Below are positions 41,072 through 50,970 of a stretch of DNA of 64,000 nucleotides, piece by piece. Numbering within the stretch: the first letter of the stretch is position 1; every line of letters starts with the position of its first letter. Position numbers and translations under genes: made by a program. The notes under the pieces are model-generated. The model was not told the origin of the DNA. It was given only the letters and a program-made list of their open reading frames with translations, and searched no databases. This DNA is from an uncultured delta proteobacterium (lineage in GTDB: Bacteria > Desulfobacterota > Binatia > UBA9968): the NCBI GenBank assembly GCA_963737905.1, contig CAVTUQ010000010.1, positions 1 to 64,000 of the forward strand, read 5' to 3'.

Positions 41072-42145
41072 ATGAAGAAATATGAGAGCAGCTTTCTCCT
41101 CACGGGTTGGCTCATACTGGCAGCGGCTTTCCCGGTCGGTGCAGCAGAGAGTTTGGATTCGTTAATCGCCGGGGCCAGGAAAGAACCCGAATTTACATTT
41201 ATCGCCGGGGCTCAGACCTTTGGCGGGACGAAGACTCTTTCCGCTCTCGAGGCGGCCTTCAATAAGAGATTCGGTCTTAACGCGAAAATCCGCTTCGCTG
41301 CCGGACCGGAGATGAATGCGATGGCGGCGCGGGTCATTACCGAATTGAAAAGCGGTAACAAAGCGTCCACGGATATCTACCACGGCTCCCAATCTCACTT
41401 CGCGTTGCTGCACAAAGAGAAAGCGCTGGAGCGGGTCAACTGGTCCGGCGTTTTTCCTTGGATCACTAAACCGATGGAAATTTTTCCTGAGGAAGGGCTG
41501 CTGGTTTTCACGTCGCTGCGCGGGATGATCTACAACTCCAATATCATTCCTAAAGAGAAAGCGCCGAAAACTTATGAAGACCTGGTGGATCCTCGTCTAA
41601 GTCCGAACTGGGCAGGCAAACTGGCCATTCCACCCTATGTTTCTTGGCTGGTGGAGTTGTCGATGATTTGGAGCGAAGAACGGGTGAAAAATCTTACGCG
41701 CAAATTAGTTGCCATCAGCGGAGGAAGACTCCGTTACAGCGAAGAGGAGCGGGTGGTCAGCGGCGAGTTTCCCATCGCGGCGAATATGGGCGGCGCGGTG
41801 GAGCAGATGTGGCAGTGGCAAGCCAAAGGCGCGCCGCTCATGGCGGTTATCGGCTCAACGCCGGTGCTGCCGTCTTATTTTCAATTGGGCGTGCCGAAGA
41901 ACTCCGCCCATCCGAATCTGGCGAAGCTGTTCGTGGGTTTTATGGCCTCGAAGGAAGCTCAAGACATTCTCGATAAATTGGACTTTCGTTCTTCCCATTT
42001 GGTGGAAGGAACCCGGATGGCGAAGTATTTGCGCCAAAACCCCATCAAGCTTCAAGAGCCCAAGGATTCCATTTCTTATTATCTCCAGGACGAGGAAAGC
42101 GGTTTGCAGTTTAAAGAGGAGTTGACGAGGATGCTGAAACAGTAA
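41072..42145 (+). CDS. Extracellular solute-binding protein (paralog of 34908-35999)
   Basis: AGAQTFGG, FAAGPEM, GGRLRYSEEER, PKNSAHPNLAKLF. Confidence 0.87.
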   Translation: MKKYESSFLLTGWLILAAAFPVGAAESLDSLIAGARKEPEFTFIAGAQTFGGTKTLSALEAAFNKRFGLNAKIRFAAGPEMNAMAARVITELKSGNKASTDIYHGSQSHFALLHKEKALERVNWSGVFPWITKPMEIFPEEGLLVFTSLRGMIYNSNIIPKEKAPKTYEDLVDPRLSPNWAGKLAIPPYVSWLVELSMIWSEERVKNLTRKLVAISGGRLRYSEEERVVSGEFPIAANMGGAVEQMWQWQAKGAPLMAVIGSTPVLPSYFQLGVPKNSAHPNLAKLFVGFMASKEAQDILDKLDFRSSHLVEGTRMAKYLRQNPIKLQEPKDSISYYLQDEESGLQFKEELTRMLKQ

Positions 42146-42318
42146 CAGGCCAATGAAAAAAGCCCACCTGCGTCGTTGCGCTGCGATCGACTCGCTCTAG
42201 TTGGCTTATGGCGTATGGCCTATAGCGTATGGTTCGTATGTTCCAACTATATGCCATAAGCTATCAGCCATATGCGAAGTACGCGCGCCTCGCATCTGGG
42301 ACTTTTTTGATCGGCCTG
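42146..42318. mobile_element. MITE-like element with a nested 7-mer palindrome
   Basis: CAGGCCAATGAAAAAAG ... CTTTTTTGATCGGCCTG. Confidence 0.85.
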
Positions 42319-42350
42319 AAGACTAGGTCGATAACAACAGGAAAGATTGC

Positions 42351-43484
42351 ATGTTGCCAATCGAAGAAAACGAACTGATGACCAGAGTCGGTCCCGGCAC
42401 TCCCGCCGGTGAGATGCTGAGGCGCTATTGGTGGCCGGTGGGCTTCAGCGAGGAAGTGACGCCGAAAGGCGCGCCGGTCAAGGTGCGGCTTCTCGGCGAA
42501 GACTTTGTCCTTTTTCGCGACGGCGGTGGAGAGCTTGGGCTTCTGGAGCTCCACTGTTCCCATCGCGGCACGTCGCTCGAGTTCGGGCGGATCGAGGACA
42601 ACGGAATTCGCTGCTGTTACCACGGCTGGTTATACGATCGGCGCGGCAAATGTTTGGAACAGCCCGCCGAGCCGGAAGACAGCACCTTCAAGGATCGGAT
42701 TCAGCACCCGGCGTACCATGCCCAAGAAGCGGCTGGTCTGGTGTTCGCCTACATCGGCCCCGAGCCGGCGCCGTTGCTGCCCGGCTATGACTTGCTGGTT
42801 CGAGACGACGGCTGCCGCGTGGTCGGCGGGGGCGAAGAGTTTTGTAACTGGCTGCAGCGTGCCGAGAATTCCGCCGACGGCGCGCATTCCATCGCGCTCC
42901 ATGCCGCCGGCTACCCGAACATGGCGATGAAACGGCCGACGATCAACTGGGAGCAGACCCAGTTCGGCATCAAGGAAACGACTTGGGTCGAAGGCGTCTC
43001 CCGGCCGAGAATCACCCATTTCATTTTTCCTTCACATGTGCGCCATTCGGCTGCGCGCGTGGGCGAGAATCCGCGGCAAGTGATTCGCTTTCGCGTGCCC
43101 ACGGACGATTTCAAGACGACGAGTTATTGGATTGATTTCTATCCGCATAAAGACGGAAAGCCAACCCAGCCCGCGCTGCTCAAGACGCAGGGATTCAAGA
43201 AAAGCGAGCCCGGCGTCTACAAACGGGTTCAGGACGGCTGGTGGAATATTTACACGCATGAACAAGACCGCGTCGCACAGGAATCCCAAGGGGTTATCGC
43301 CGACCGCACCAAGGAACATCTAGCGTCGTCCGACCAGGGAATCATCTTGCTGCGCAAGATGATTCGCGATTCCATCGAAGCGGTTCGAGCGGGGAAAGAT
43401 CCGCTTGGGGTAATCAGAAATCCGAATGAAAACATGTCGATAACCTTCGATTCCAGCAGGGACGCCGTGGCGGCTCTTGGCTAA
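42351..43484 (+). CDS. Rieske oxygenase alpha subunit, type B2
   Basis: CSH...CCYHGW; ENSADGAH...H; QDRVAQESQG. Confidence 0.92.
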   Translation: MLPIEENELMTRVGPGTPAGEMLRRYWWPVGFSEEVTPKGAPVKVRLLGEDFVLFRDGGGELGLLELHCSHRGTSLEFGRIEDNGIRCCYHGWLYDRRGKCLEQPAEPEDSTFKDRIQHPAYHAQEAAGLVFAYIGPEPAPLLPGYDLLVRDDGCRVVGGGEEFCNWLQRAENSADGAHSIALHAAGYPNMAMKRPTINWEQTQFGIKETTWVEGVSRPRITHFIFPSHVRHSAARVGENPRQVIRFRVPTDDFKTTSYWIDFYPHKDGKPTQPALLKTQGFKKSEPGVYKRVQDGWWNIYTHEQDRVAQESQGVIADRTKEHLASSDQGIILLRKMIRDSIEAVRAGKDPLGVIRNPNENMSITFDSSRDAVAALG

Positions 43485-44605
43485 AGAGAACTCGAGGATG
43501 GAAGATAGAGGATGGAAGAGGGAATGTTCTTTGGAGATTCTAATGCTTAGCCTGATTACTGTGTTGTGCGTGCACATGCTTTTGGTCGGTGTTCACCAGG
43601 CCGCGGCGGCGGAACAGACCCTCGAACAACTCTTGACCGGCGCCAAAAAAGAAGGCGAAGTTACTCTCATGGCGAGCGCATCGACCTTTGGCGGGAAGAA
43701 AGGATTCGCTGAGCTCGAGGCAGGATTCAACAAAAGATATGGCTTGACATCGAAAGTTAATTTAGCGCCGGGGCCGAGCTTTCCACAGGTGGCCGCGCGC
43801 GTTCTGACCGAGCTTAAAGCCGGCGCGAAATCGTCGACGGATCTGTATCTCGGTTCGGACGGCACGATGAGCGACATGCACCGGGAAAAAGCGTTACAGA
43901 AAGTCGACTGGTCAGGTGTCTTTCCCTGGGTAACTAAAGAAATGGAAATCTTTCCCCAGGAGACATTGCTCGTCTATGCGTCATTTCACGGCATAATCTA
44001 TAACTCGAATGCGATTCCAAAAGACAAGGCGCCGAAGGGCTATGAAGATTTGGTTGATCCGGCGTTATCCCCACTTTGGGCCGGAAAAATGGCGATCCCC
44101 GCCTATATCCATTGGCTGATTCGAGTCTCGGGGAGTTGGGGCAAAGAAAAAGTCTTAGCGTATGCGCGCAAGCTCGCGCCGCTTTCCGGAGGGCGGCTGC
44201 GCCAGGGCGAGGAAGAGCGCATCGTCAGCGGCGAGTTCCCGATTATGGCGAGCACCGGCGGCGCATTGGAGGCGATGTGGAAGTGGCAAGCGAAAGGCGC
44301 GCCGCTCGGTGGGGCTGCCCGGCGCCTCACCGGCCACTTCTTCGTACTATCAGCTGGGGGTGCCGCGAAATTCAGCCCATCCCAATTCCGCTAAGCTGTT
44401 CATCGCCTTCATGACGACTAGGGAAGCGCAGGCGGTGATAGAAAAGCATGACTATCGTTCGTCCTATTTGGTCGACGGAACTCTGATGGCGAAATACGTG
44501 CGCAACAACAAGATCAAACTCCAAGATCCGCGGGAACTGAACGAGCTGTTTCAGCGGGACGATACGGCTTTGGAGGAGGAGCTCACCAGGATACTCCTGA
44601 AATAG
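43477..44605 (+). pseudogene. Extracellular solute-binding protein with a single frameshift near 44308
   Basis: N-part in ORF 43477-44394 up to GAPL; C-part (VGLPGASPATSSYYQLGVPRNSAHPN) in ORF 44162-44605; may be a sequencing indel. Confidence 0.8.
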
Positions 44606-44614
44606 GACTTGACC

Positions 44615-44825
44615 ATGCCCCCTATTGATCCATTGAAGCCAAGCATCGAGGACGTGGATTTCGTCCATACCGGTCCCGCCACTTTGGCTGGAAGATATAT
44701 GCGAAGGTTTTGGCAGCCGGTCTATGAAAATGGCGTTGACCAGGCCCATGTCCCCTTCACTCATGCCAAGTCCAATTTCACCAAGTTTGGCCTCAACTGG
44801 GACATTCCCAAGATCACCGCGAGGA
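44615..44825 (+). pseudogene. Internally deleted Rieske oxygenase remnant
   Basis: DFVHTGPATLAGRYMRRFWQPVY joined directly to ENGVDQAHVPFTH; the 2Fe-2S domain is missing. Confidence 0.75.
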
Positions 44826-44881
44826 GTTGGCCAAATTACTCAAACGGTAGACGGCTCAGCAATGGCGACGTAAAGGCAGCC

Positions 44882-46642
44882 ATGGAATCCACGCCAACAG
44901 CCAACAGTACCTTCTCGCTCAGACCCTTTTTCTGGGGGTTCGACGGGTCCAAGCTCGTTCTCTTCGGGCTGGCGGGAGCCGCAGCGCTGGCAATAGTGGG
45001 CCTGCTGCTCACCATCGTCTGGATGAGCCTGCGGACCGGAGTCCCGGGCCAACCTTCGCCCTATACGCTCAGCAACTACACATCGTTGCTTGCCGACCCT
45101 TACACTTATCGCGTGATGGTGACGACGTTGATCTTTTCCGCTGTTACGATCGCGGTTTCAGTTCCCTTGGGATTCGTGTTTGCGTGGCTCATCGAGCGCA
45201 CCAACCTGCCCTACAAAGCGTTCGCCATGAGCCTGCTGAGCATCGGTGTCCTCTTTCCGACTTTTTTGAAGGCGATGGGCTGGGTGTTTCTCTGCCATCC
45301 GCGGATCGGGGTGATCAACATTTTCTTGATGCAGCTTTTTGGACTGAGGAATGCTCCGTTAAACATCGCGACGTTGGGCGGCATCGGCTTCGTTCAAGGC
45401 TTAACCTTGGCGCCGCTGGCATACGTGATGATCTCTGCGGCCCTGCGCGGCATGAATCCTCTGCTGGTTGAAGCCGCCAGCGTCCACGGGGTGAACAAAT
45501 GGCGCACCCTCGTCCGCATCGAGCTGCCTCTGGTGTGGCCGGCTTTGCTCTCGGCAATCATCTGGATGTTTACCGTTGCCATCGCCGCCTTCGACGTTCC
45601 CGGCGTGATTGGCATGGCGAATAACATTTTTACCTTCAGCACTGCCGTCTATTTCATGATCAACCCCAACGAGGGGCTTCCGCGCTACGGGCTAAGCGGC
45701 GCTTACGGAACCCTCATGGTCGGGCTGTCTTTGATCTTGATGATTCCGTATTTCGTAGCGTTGAAGCAGAGCCACCGCTACCAGATCATTTCCGGAAAAT
45801 CTTACCAGTCGCGGCCCGTCGAACTCAGGCGCTGGTGGATGCTCGGTTGGGGGCTTCTTGGAACTTACTTTCTGCTGGCTTTTGTTTTGCCGTTGCTCGC
45901 CATTTTCTGGGTGTCACTGCTTCCCTACGTTCAGATTCCTTCGCGGCAAGCTCTGGCCGTCGCTTCCTTCGAGCGTTACAGTGCCATTGCCTTCGATAGC
46001 GCGCTTTTGCGAGCCGCCGGAAATACGCTGCTCCTCATGGTGATCGTCCCCACCCTTATTGTGGTGATGAGCTCGGCAATTTCGTGGATCGTGACTCGCT
46101 CGCGCCTGCGCTGGCGCATTGCTTTAGATGCGATTGCCTTTCTACCCCACCCCGTGCCCAACCTGTTGTTTGCTCTGGCGATCGCCTATTTCGCGTTGCT
46201 CGTATCCAACGTGGTTCCTGTGTACGGCACCCTCGTTGTCCTTATGGCGGTCTACGTTATTTGTTGGATTAGTTTTGGAACCAGAGTGCTAAACAATAGC
46301 ATGATTCAGGTGCACCGCGAGCTGGAAGAGGCGGCTCAGGTGGGCGGGGTTTCAACGTTTCGTACCTTTTACAAAGTGATTGTCCCGTTGATTCGTCCGG
46401 GATTGATCTACGCCTGGATCTGGACATCGCTTTCGGCATACCGGGAGCTTACCATGGCGGTTTTTCTAGCTTCGCCGAAGAGCCAGGTTCTGTCCACCTA
46501 CATTTGGGGGCAATGGCATGGTGGTGGGCTGGGCGATGCGGCGGCGATCGCCGTGATCATGATGGCGGTTATGTCCCCGCTGGTCACGACCTTTTGGATC
46601 TATGCGCGGCATCAACAACATGTCGCTTCTTCGGCAGCGTAG
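44882..46642 (+). CDS. FbpB-type (Fe3+ family) ABC permease with two fused halves
   Basis: AWLIERTNLP, two EAA loops (VEAASVHG, LEEAAQVGG); start uncertain. Confidence 0.9.
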   Translation: MESTPTANSTFSLRPFFWGFDGSKLVLFGLAGAAALAIVGLLLTIVWMSLRTGVPGQPSPYTLSNYTSLLADPYTYRVMVTTLIFSAVTIAVSVPLGFVFAWLIERTNLPYKAFAMSLLSIGVLFPTFLKAMGWVFLCHPRIGVINIFLMQLFGLRNAPLNIATLGGIGFVQGLTLAPLAYVMISAALRGMNPLLVEAASVHGVNKWRTLVRIELPLVWPALLSAIIWMFTVAIAAFDVPGVIGMANNIFTFSTAVYFMINPNEGLPRYGLSGAYGTLMVGLSLILMIPYFVALKQSHRYQIISGKSYQSRPVELRRWWMLGWGLLGTYFLLAFVLPLLAIFWVSLLPYVQIPSRQALAVASFERYSAIAFDSALLRAAGNTLLLMVIVPTLIVVMSSAISWIVTRSRLRWRIALDAIAFLPHPVPNLLFALAIAYFALLVSNVVPVYGTLVVLMAVYVICWISFGTRVLNNSMIQVHRELEEAAQVGGVSTFRTFYKVIVPLIRPGLIYAWIWTSLSAYRELTMAVFLASPKSQVLSTYIWGQWHGGGLGDAAAIAVIMMAVMSPLVTTFWIYARHQQHVASSAA

Positions 46643-46665
46643 GGCGGGTCATGCAACTCTGCCTG

Positions 46666-46704
46666 TTCAAATCGTTCAAAACGTTCAAGCCGTTCAAGTA
46701 GTTC
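46666..46704. repeat. GTTCAA 9-mer tandem repeat
   Basis: gttcaaatc gttcaaaac gttcaagcc gttcaagta gttca. Confidence 0.8.
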
Positions 46705-46707
46705 ACG

Positions 46708-47781
46708 ATGATCGGAATCCACTCCCTTAGGAAGACTTTCAAAACCGGGACTGATGCAGTCCAGGCGGTGGACGGAGTCGATCTACAGGTGAACGAGAAG
46801 GAGTTCTTCGTGCTTCTCGGCCTGAGTGGATCCGGCAAGACCACGCTGCTCAGATGCGTTGCGGGGTTGGAAAGGCCGGAAGCTGGAGAAATTGCTTTAG
46901 GGGAGCAACTAGTGAGCTCCGCGGAGCGGGGTATTTTCATCACTCCGGAGGATCGGGCGATCGGTATGGTATTTCAGTCCTATGCCGTGTGGCCCCACAT
47001 GACCGTATTTGACAACGTGGCTTTCCCTCTAACCGACGGAAAGAGAAGATTACCGCGAGCCAAGGTCCGAGATCGAGTCATGAGCGCTCTCGAATTGGTG
47101 CAGCTATCGGCCCTCGCGGATCGGCCGGTGCCCTTTCTCAGCGGAGGCCAGCAGCAGAGGGTGGCACTTGCGCGGGCGCTGGCTGTGGAGCCAAAGGTGC
47201 TTTTGATGGACGAGCCTTTGAGTAACTTGGACGCCCGGCTGAGAGAAGAAGTTCGAGATGAGATCAGGGGCTTGGCAAAAAAACTCGGAATCACGGTCCT
47301 GTACGTGACTCACGATCAGGTGGAAGCGATGGCGTTGGCTGACAGAATCGCCGTGATGAGCTCGGGAAAGATTTTACAGATCGGCGTGTCTAGAGACCTG
47401 TATCATTTTCCTCTCAACCGGAAGGTAGGCGAATTTTTGGGCTCGATGAACGAATTCGAGGGCGCGCTGCAACCTGATGGCAGTGTCAAAATCGATTTTG
47501 GGGTCGTGAATTGCACCGTCCCGAACGGCACCGTCAAAGAAATGATTGTCGCCATCAGACCCGAAGATGTTTCGCTATCGCGGGAACCGAGTGGTTTAAG
47601 CAATGAGTTCCCGGCTCAACTGGTCTCCCAGCTTTTCCTCGGGGACATTACCCTCTATCACCTCTCTGCCAAGGGGAAAAACCTGCGAGGTAAGACGGCA
47701 GGTACGGATCAACAATTGGAACCAGGTAGCTCCATCTACGTCCGGCTTCCTGGAGAAAAACTGAAGATCTTCCCGAGGTGA
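46708..47781 (+). CDS. FbpC/PotA-type ABC ATP-binding protein
   Basis: GLSGSGKT, FQSYAVWPHM, LSGGQQQR, MDEPLSNLD, TOBE-like C-terminus. Confidence 0.95.
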   Translation: MIGIHSLRKTFKTGTDAVQAVDGVDLQVNEKEFFVLLGLSGSGKTTLLRCVAGLERPEAGEIALGEQLVSSAERGIFITPEDRAIGMVFQSYAVWPHMTVFDNVAFPLTDGKRRLPRAKVRDRVMSALELVQLSALADRPVPFLSGGQQQRVALARALAVEPKVLLMDEPLSNLDARLREEVRDEIRGLAKKLGITVLYVTHDQVEAMALADRIAVMSSGKILQIGVSRDLYHFPLNRKVGEFLGSMNEFEGALQPDGSVKIDFGVVNCTVPNGTVKEMIVAIRPEDVSLSREPSGLSNEFPAQLVSQLFLGDITLYHLSAKGKNLRGKTAGTDQQLEPGSSIYVRLPGEKLKIFPR

Positions 47782-47857
47782 TGGCTTTTGCTATTTGAAT
47801 TTTTGGATGGCGGAGCGAGTTCGATGACAACAGACGCAATAACAGATGGGAGGAGCC

Positions 47858-48397
47858 ATGAGCCGACTACCACTTATCAACCGTGATGCGTTGTCGCCGG
47901 ACGATCAAGCGGTTTGGGACCGGATCGCCGCGGTCCGCACTGGAGTGCGCGGACCCTTCGGAGCATTGATGCATGTGCCAACTCTCGCCGACCGCGTCGC
48001 CGCGCTGGAGGATTACTTTCGTTTCAACGCAGCCCTGCCGGCGGTCGACCGCGAGCTCGTGATTATGGCCACCGCTCGCGAGATGGGCGCGCGTTACCCG
48101 TGGGCACGGCACGAGGCCAGAGGGCGCGAGGTGGGCACGAGAACAGAGGCGATCGAAGCGGTACGCGCCAACGGCACGTTGGAGCAATTGACGCCGCGCG
48201 AGCGTTTGCTCGTGGAAATCGTGCGCGCTCTCTTGCGCACGCGGGCGTTGCCCGACGAGTTGTATGCGCGCGGGGTGGCTGAACTGGGCCGCCAACAGCT
48301 GATCGAGATGGTCGGGCTCGTCGGCCATTACAGCTTGATCGGACTTACCGTGAACGCTTTCGATGTCGCGCCGCCGGATAACAGTCAGACATTCTGA
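47858..48397 (+). CDS. Carboxymuconolactone decarboxylase family protein
   Basis: RGPFGALMHVP.LA, RELVIMATARE...YPWARH, EMVGLVGHY. Confidence 0.85.
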   Translation: MSRLPLINRDALSPDDQAVWDRIAAVRTGVRGPFGALMHVPTLADRVAALEDYFRFNAALPAVDRELVIMATAREMGARYPWARHEARGREVGTRTEAIEAVRANGTLEQLTPRERLLVEIVRALLRTRALPDELYARGVAELGRQQLIEMVGLVGHYSLIGLTVNAFDVAPPDNSQTF

Positions 48398-48607
48398 ACT
48401 GTGTACAGAAGGTTTCAGTTTCAGAGGAAAGAGTGAGTGTATGTAATGTTCATAAATCTCCCTTTGCTCCCATATTCCGGGATCGGAAGGAAGTAAGGAC
48501 CGAGGCCGTGGCCAAGACGAGAAAGAGCAACGAGATGGGCTGGGTGACGAAAACCGTGGGGTCGCCTCGGGACTCGACCAGCGCGCGCCGAAAGTTGGTC
48601 TCTAACC

Positions 48608-49636
48608 CTATCCCTCGGTGCAGGACGATTTCCAGCTTGGGTCGTCCGTCCAGCGCCCGAGCTTGGCCAAGGCGGCGTTCGCCGGCCCTCGAACCACCGC
48701 CTGTTCGCCTTTTGGCTTCGCGTTTTCCTTCAGAAGGCCCATGTCCACCGCTGTTGATTCACCCCCACCTTTCGGTCGGCATCCCATCATTACTGGCTAG
48801 ACCCGCAGCGGCCAGCGGATCATAGGCTGGGCTCGGGACTTCCTCCGGATAGCCAGTGTGCTTGCTTGCCAGATCGAGGGTGCGATCCTCATCGCCGGGA
48901 CATGAAACGGTGAGCCCGCGTGAGGCCGAACTGCGCGGCCGAGGAGGTCCGGATCCTTCCGCAGCAAATCCTCCGTGGAGCTAAATGTACCATACCAGAG
49001 CTGGGCATGACCTCCCAGAGCGGGACCAAGGAGTGGAGGGACGCCTCTTTTTGTGCGCGCCATGTACGCTTGGCCGATGTGCAGGATGGCCGTGTCGATC
49101 TTGTTAGCCGTGAGTGCAGCGATGTAGCCGGCGCTCGACACGGGGACGTAATTGACGTCCTGCGGGGTAAGCCCGGCGCTGTGGAGGACGGCCCGTGTCA
49201 TCACCTCGCGGAATGCTCCAACCTCCTGGATACCGAGGTTCTTCCCCCGCAGATCGGCGGGTCTGCGGATGTTCTCCTGAGCCGCCATGACAACCGTGAG
49301 CCTGTGAGCATAGCTGAAGATGCTCCGGATCTTCGCTCCACGAACTGATGGCCGTGGTCACTGGTTCGCTGCTGGCCCCAAGAATATCCAGTCCCCCGGC
49401 CACACCGCCGCGCAAGGCCAGCAGGCCCGATTCAACTGCGCAAAGTCGACGTTAATCCCCTCCTCTTCGAAGTAGCCGAGGTCTTTCGCGACGTAGACGC
49501 CGACGTGAGGCAGGTTCGGGGGCGTAACGGGCATCCCAATAACGAGCGTCCGCCGGGGAGCCTGGGCCCTCGCGATCCCGCCCAGTCCTAGGGCCGTCAG
49601 AAGTACCACTGTCATCACCGATGGACGCGTTCGCAT
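48608..49636 (-). pseudogene. NitT/TauT substrate-binding protein with multiple frameshifts
   Basis: Fragments YVAKDLGYFEEEGINV, DLRGKNLGIQEVG and VDMGLLKE lie in different frames. Confidence 0.75.
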
Positions 49637-49684
49637 ATTCCGTTTCCTTAGGATCGAGCTTTCCAGGCCTCTTTCAATGACGGC

Positions 49685-50749
49685 TTAGACATGGATGATC
49701 ACCTTCAACGCATTGCCGATCCGCTCGACGTAAGTCCGGAACGCTTCGTGAATCTGATCCAGCGTGAAGTGATGCGTGATGATCGGGTCGGCCGTGATCT
49801 TGCCCCCGCTCATGAGAGCTAGCGACCGTCCGCAGTTCATTCCACCCTCTCCTCGTGCCGCGTAAATGCGGACGTTGCTCCGAACCGCGAGATTCATATC
49901 CATCTCTACCGGACCCGTGTACCAGGCCACAACCCCGATGCGGCCTCCGCGCTTGACGTTTTCCAGCGCTTCTTGCATGGAGGTCGAACCACCAGCGCAT
50001 TCGAGGACGGAGTCAGCACCCTTGCCCTGGGTTATTTCACGTACACGATCCGCCAAATTCTCTTTTCGCACGTTGATCGTGAAGTCCGCACCATACTGTT
50101 TGCCGATTTCCAGGCGCGAATCCCGCGTGCCACTGAGGATGACCCGTTCCGCACCGAGCGCCTTGCATAGCTGTACAGCGATGAGACCAATGGGCCCCGG
50201 CCCGAGGACCAACACGGTCTCGCCGGCAACGTAGCCGCCCATAAGGTCGATGGCCCAGAGCGGCGAAGCGGCGGTGGTCACCATGCAGGCCTGCTCAAGT
50301 GTCAGATTGTCGGGTAACCGGTAAAGTGTGTTGATATGATTGACGGCGTACTCGGCGAAGCCTCCGTCGCAGGTGAGACCTTTCGCGCGGTGGCCTTTGG
50401 CGAGATCGCCGTAATTCAGGCAGGAGGTGTACCAGCCTTTGATGCAGTTTTCGCAGCGGTCGCAACCCTTGTGCACCTCCACGGCGACCCGCTCTCCGAT
50501 CTGGAACTCGTTGACGCCTGGTCCCAGCGCTGCCACGGTGCCGGCGTACTCGTGGCCCATGATAAACTCACCGGCGGGTTGCCCCTGGAGCGTCCTGTGC
50601 AAGACCTTCACGTCGGTTCCGCAGATCGAGGCGACATTTACCTTGAGGAGAACCTCGCCGGGGCCGAGCTGCGGCACCGACCGCGTCTCCACCCGCATAT
50701 CGTCGGCGTCATGCAGCACTACTGCGTTCATCGTAGTGGGAATCGGCAT
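49685..50749 (-). CDS. Zinc-dependent alcohol dehydrogenase (MDR family)
   Basis: ICGTD, GHEYAG, CDRCENC...C, GPGPIG. Confidence 0.93.
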   Translation of the reverse strand: MPIPTTMNAVVLHDADDMRVETRSVPQLGPGEVLLKVNVASICGTDVKVLHRTLQGQPAGEFIMGHEYAGTVAALGPGVNEFQIGERVAVEVHKGCDRCENCIKGWYTSCLNYGDLAKGHRAKGLTCDGGFAEYAVNHINTLYRLPDNLTLEQACMVTTAASPLWAIDLMGGYVAGETVLVLGPGPIGLIAVQLCKALGAERVILSGTRDSRLEIGKQYGADFTINVRKENLADRVREITQGKGADSVLECAGGSTSMQEALENVKRGGRIGVVAWYTGPVEMDMNLAVRSNVRIYAARGEGGMNCGRSLALMSGGKITADPIITHHFTLDQIHEAFRTYVERIGNALKVIIHV

Positions 50750-50970
50750 GGACTTTACCTCCCGTTTCGGTCTTGTGCTGCGTCAGGAGCAGTCATCCCG
50801 GCCGCAGTCTCAAAGAAGACGCCGGTTCGCGGGATGGTGCTTGAGGGCGTGTCTCGAATTCTACCACGTAGCCTTGCGATCTGCGGCGCTGCCATGACAA
50901 TAGGGGAGATCCATCATGGGCGTCAAGGGACGAAAAGCAGAAATGCAATCGCAGAGACAGAGGCTGCTTT

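Noticed and set aside
48421-48470. RBS plus ATG on the minus strand giving a 10-aa peptide (MNITYTHSFL)
   Set aside because: May be the stub of a truncated gene but is too short to support.
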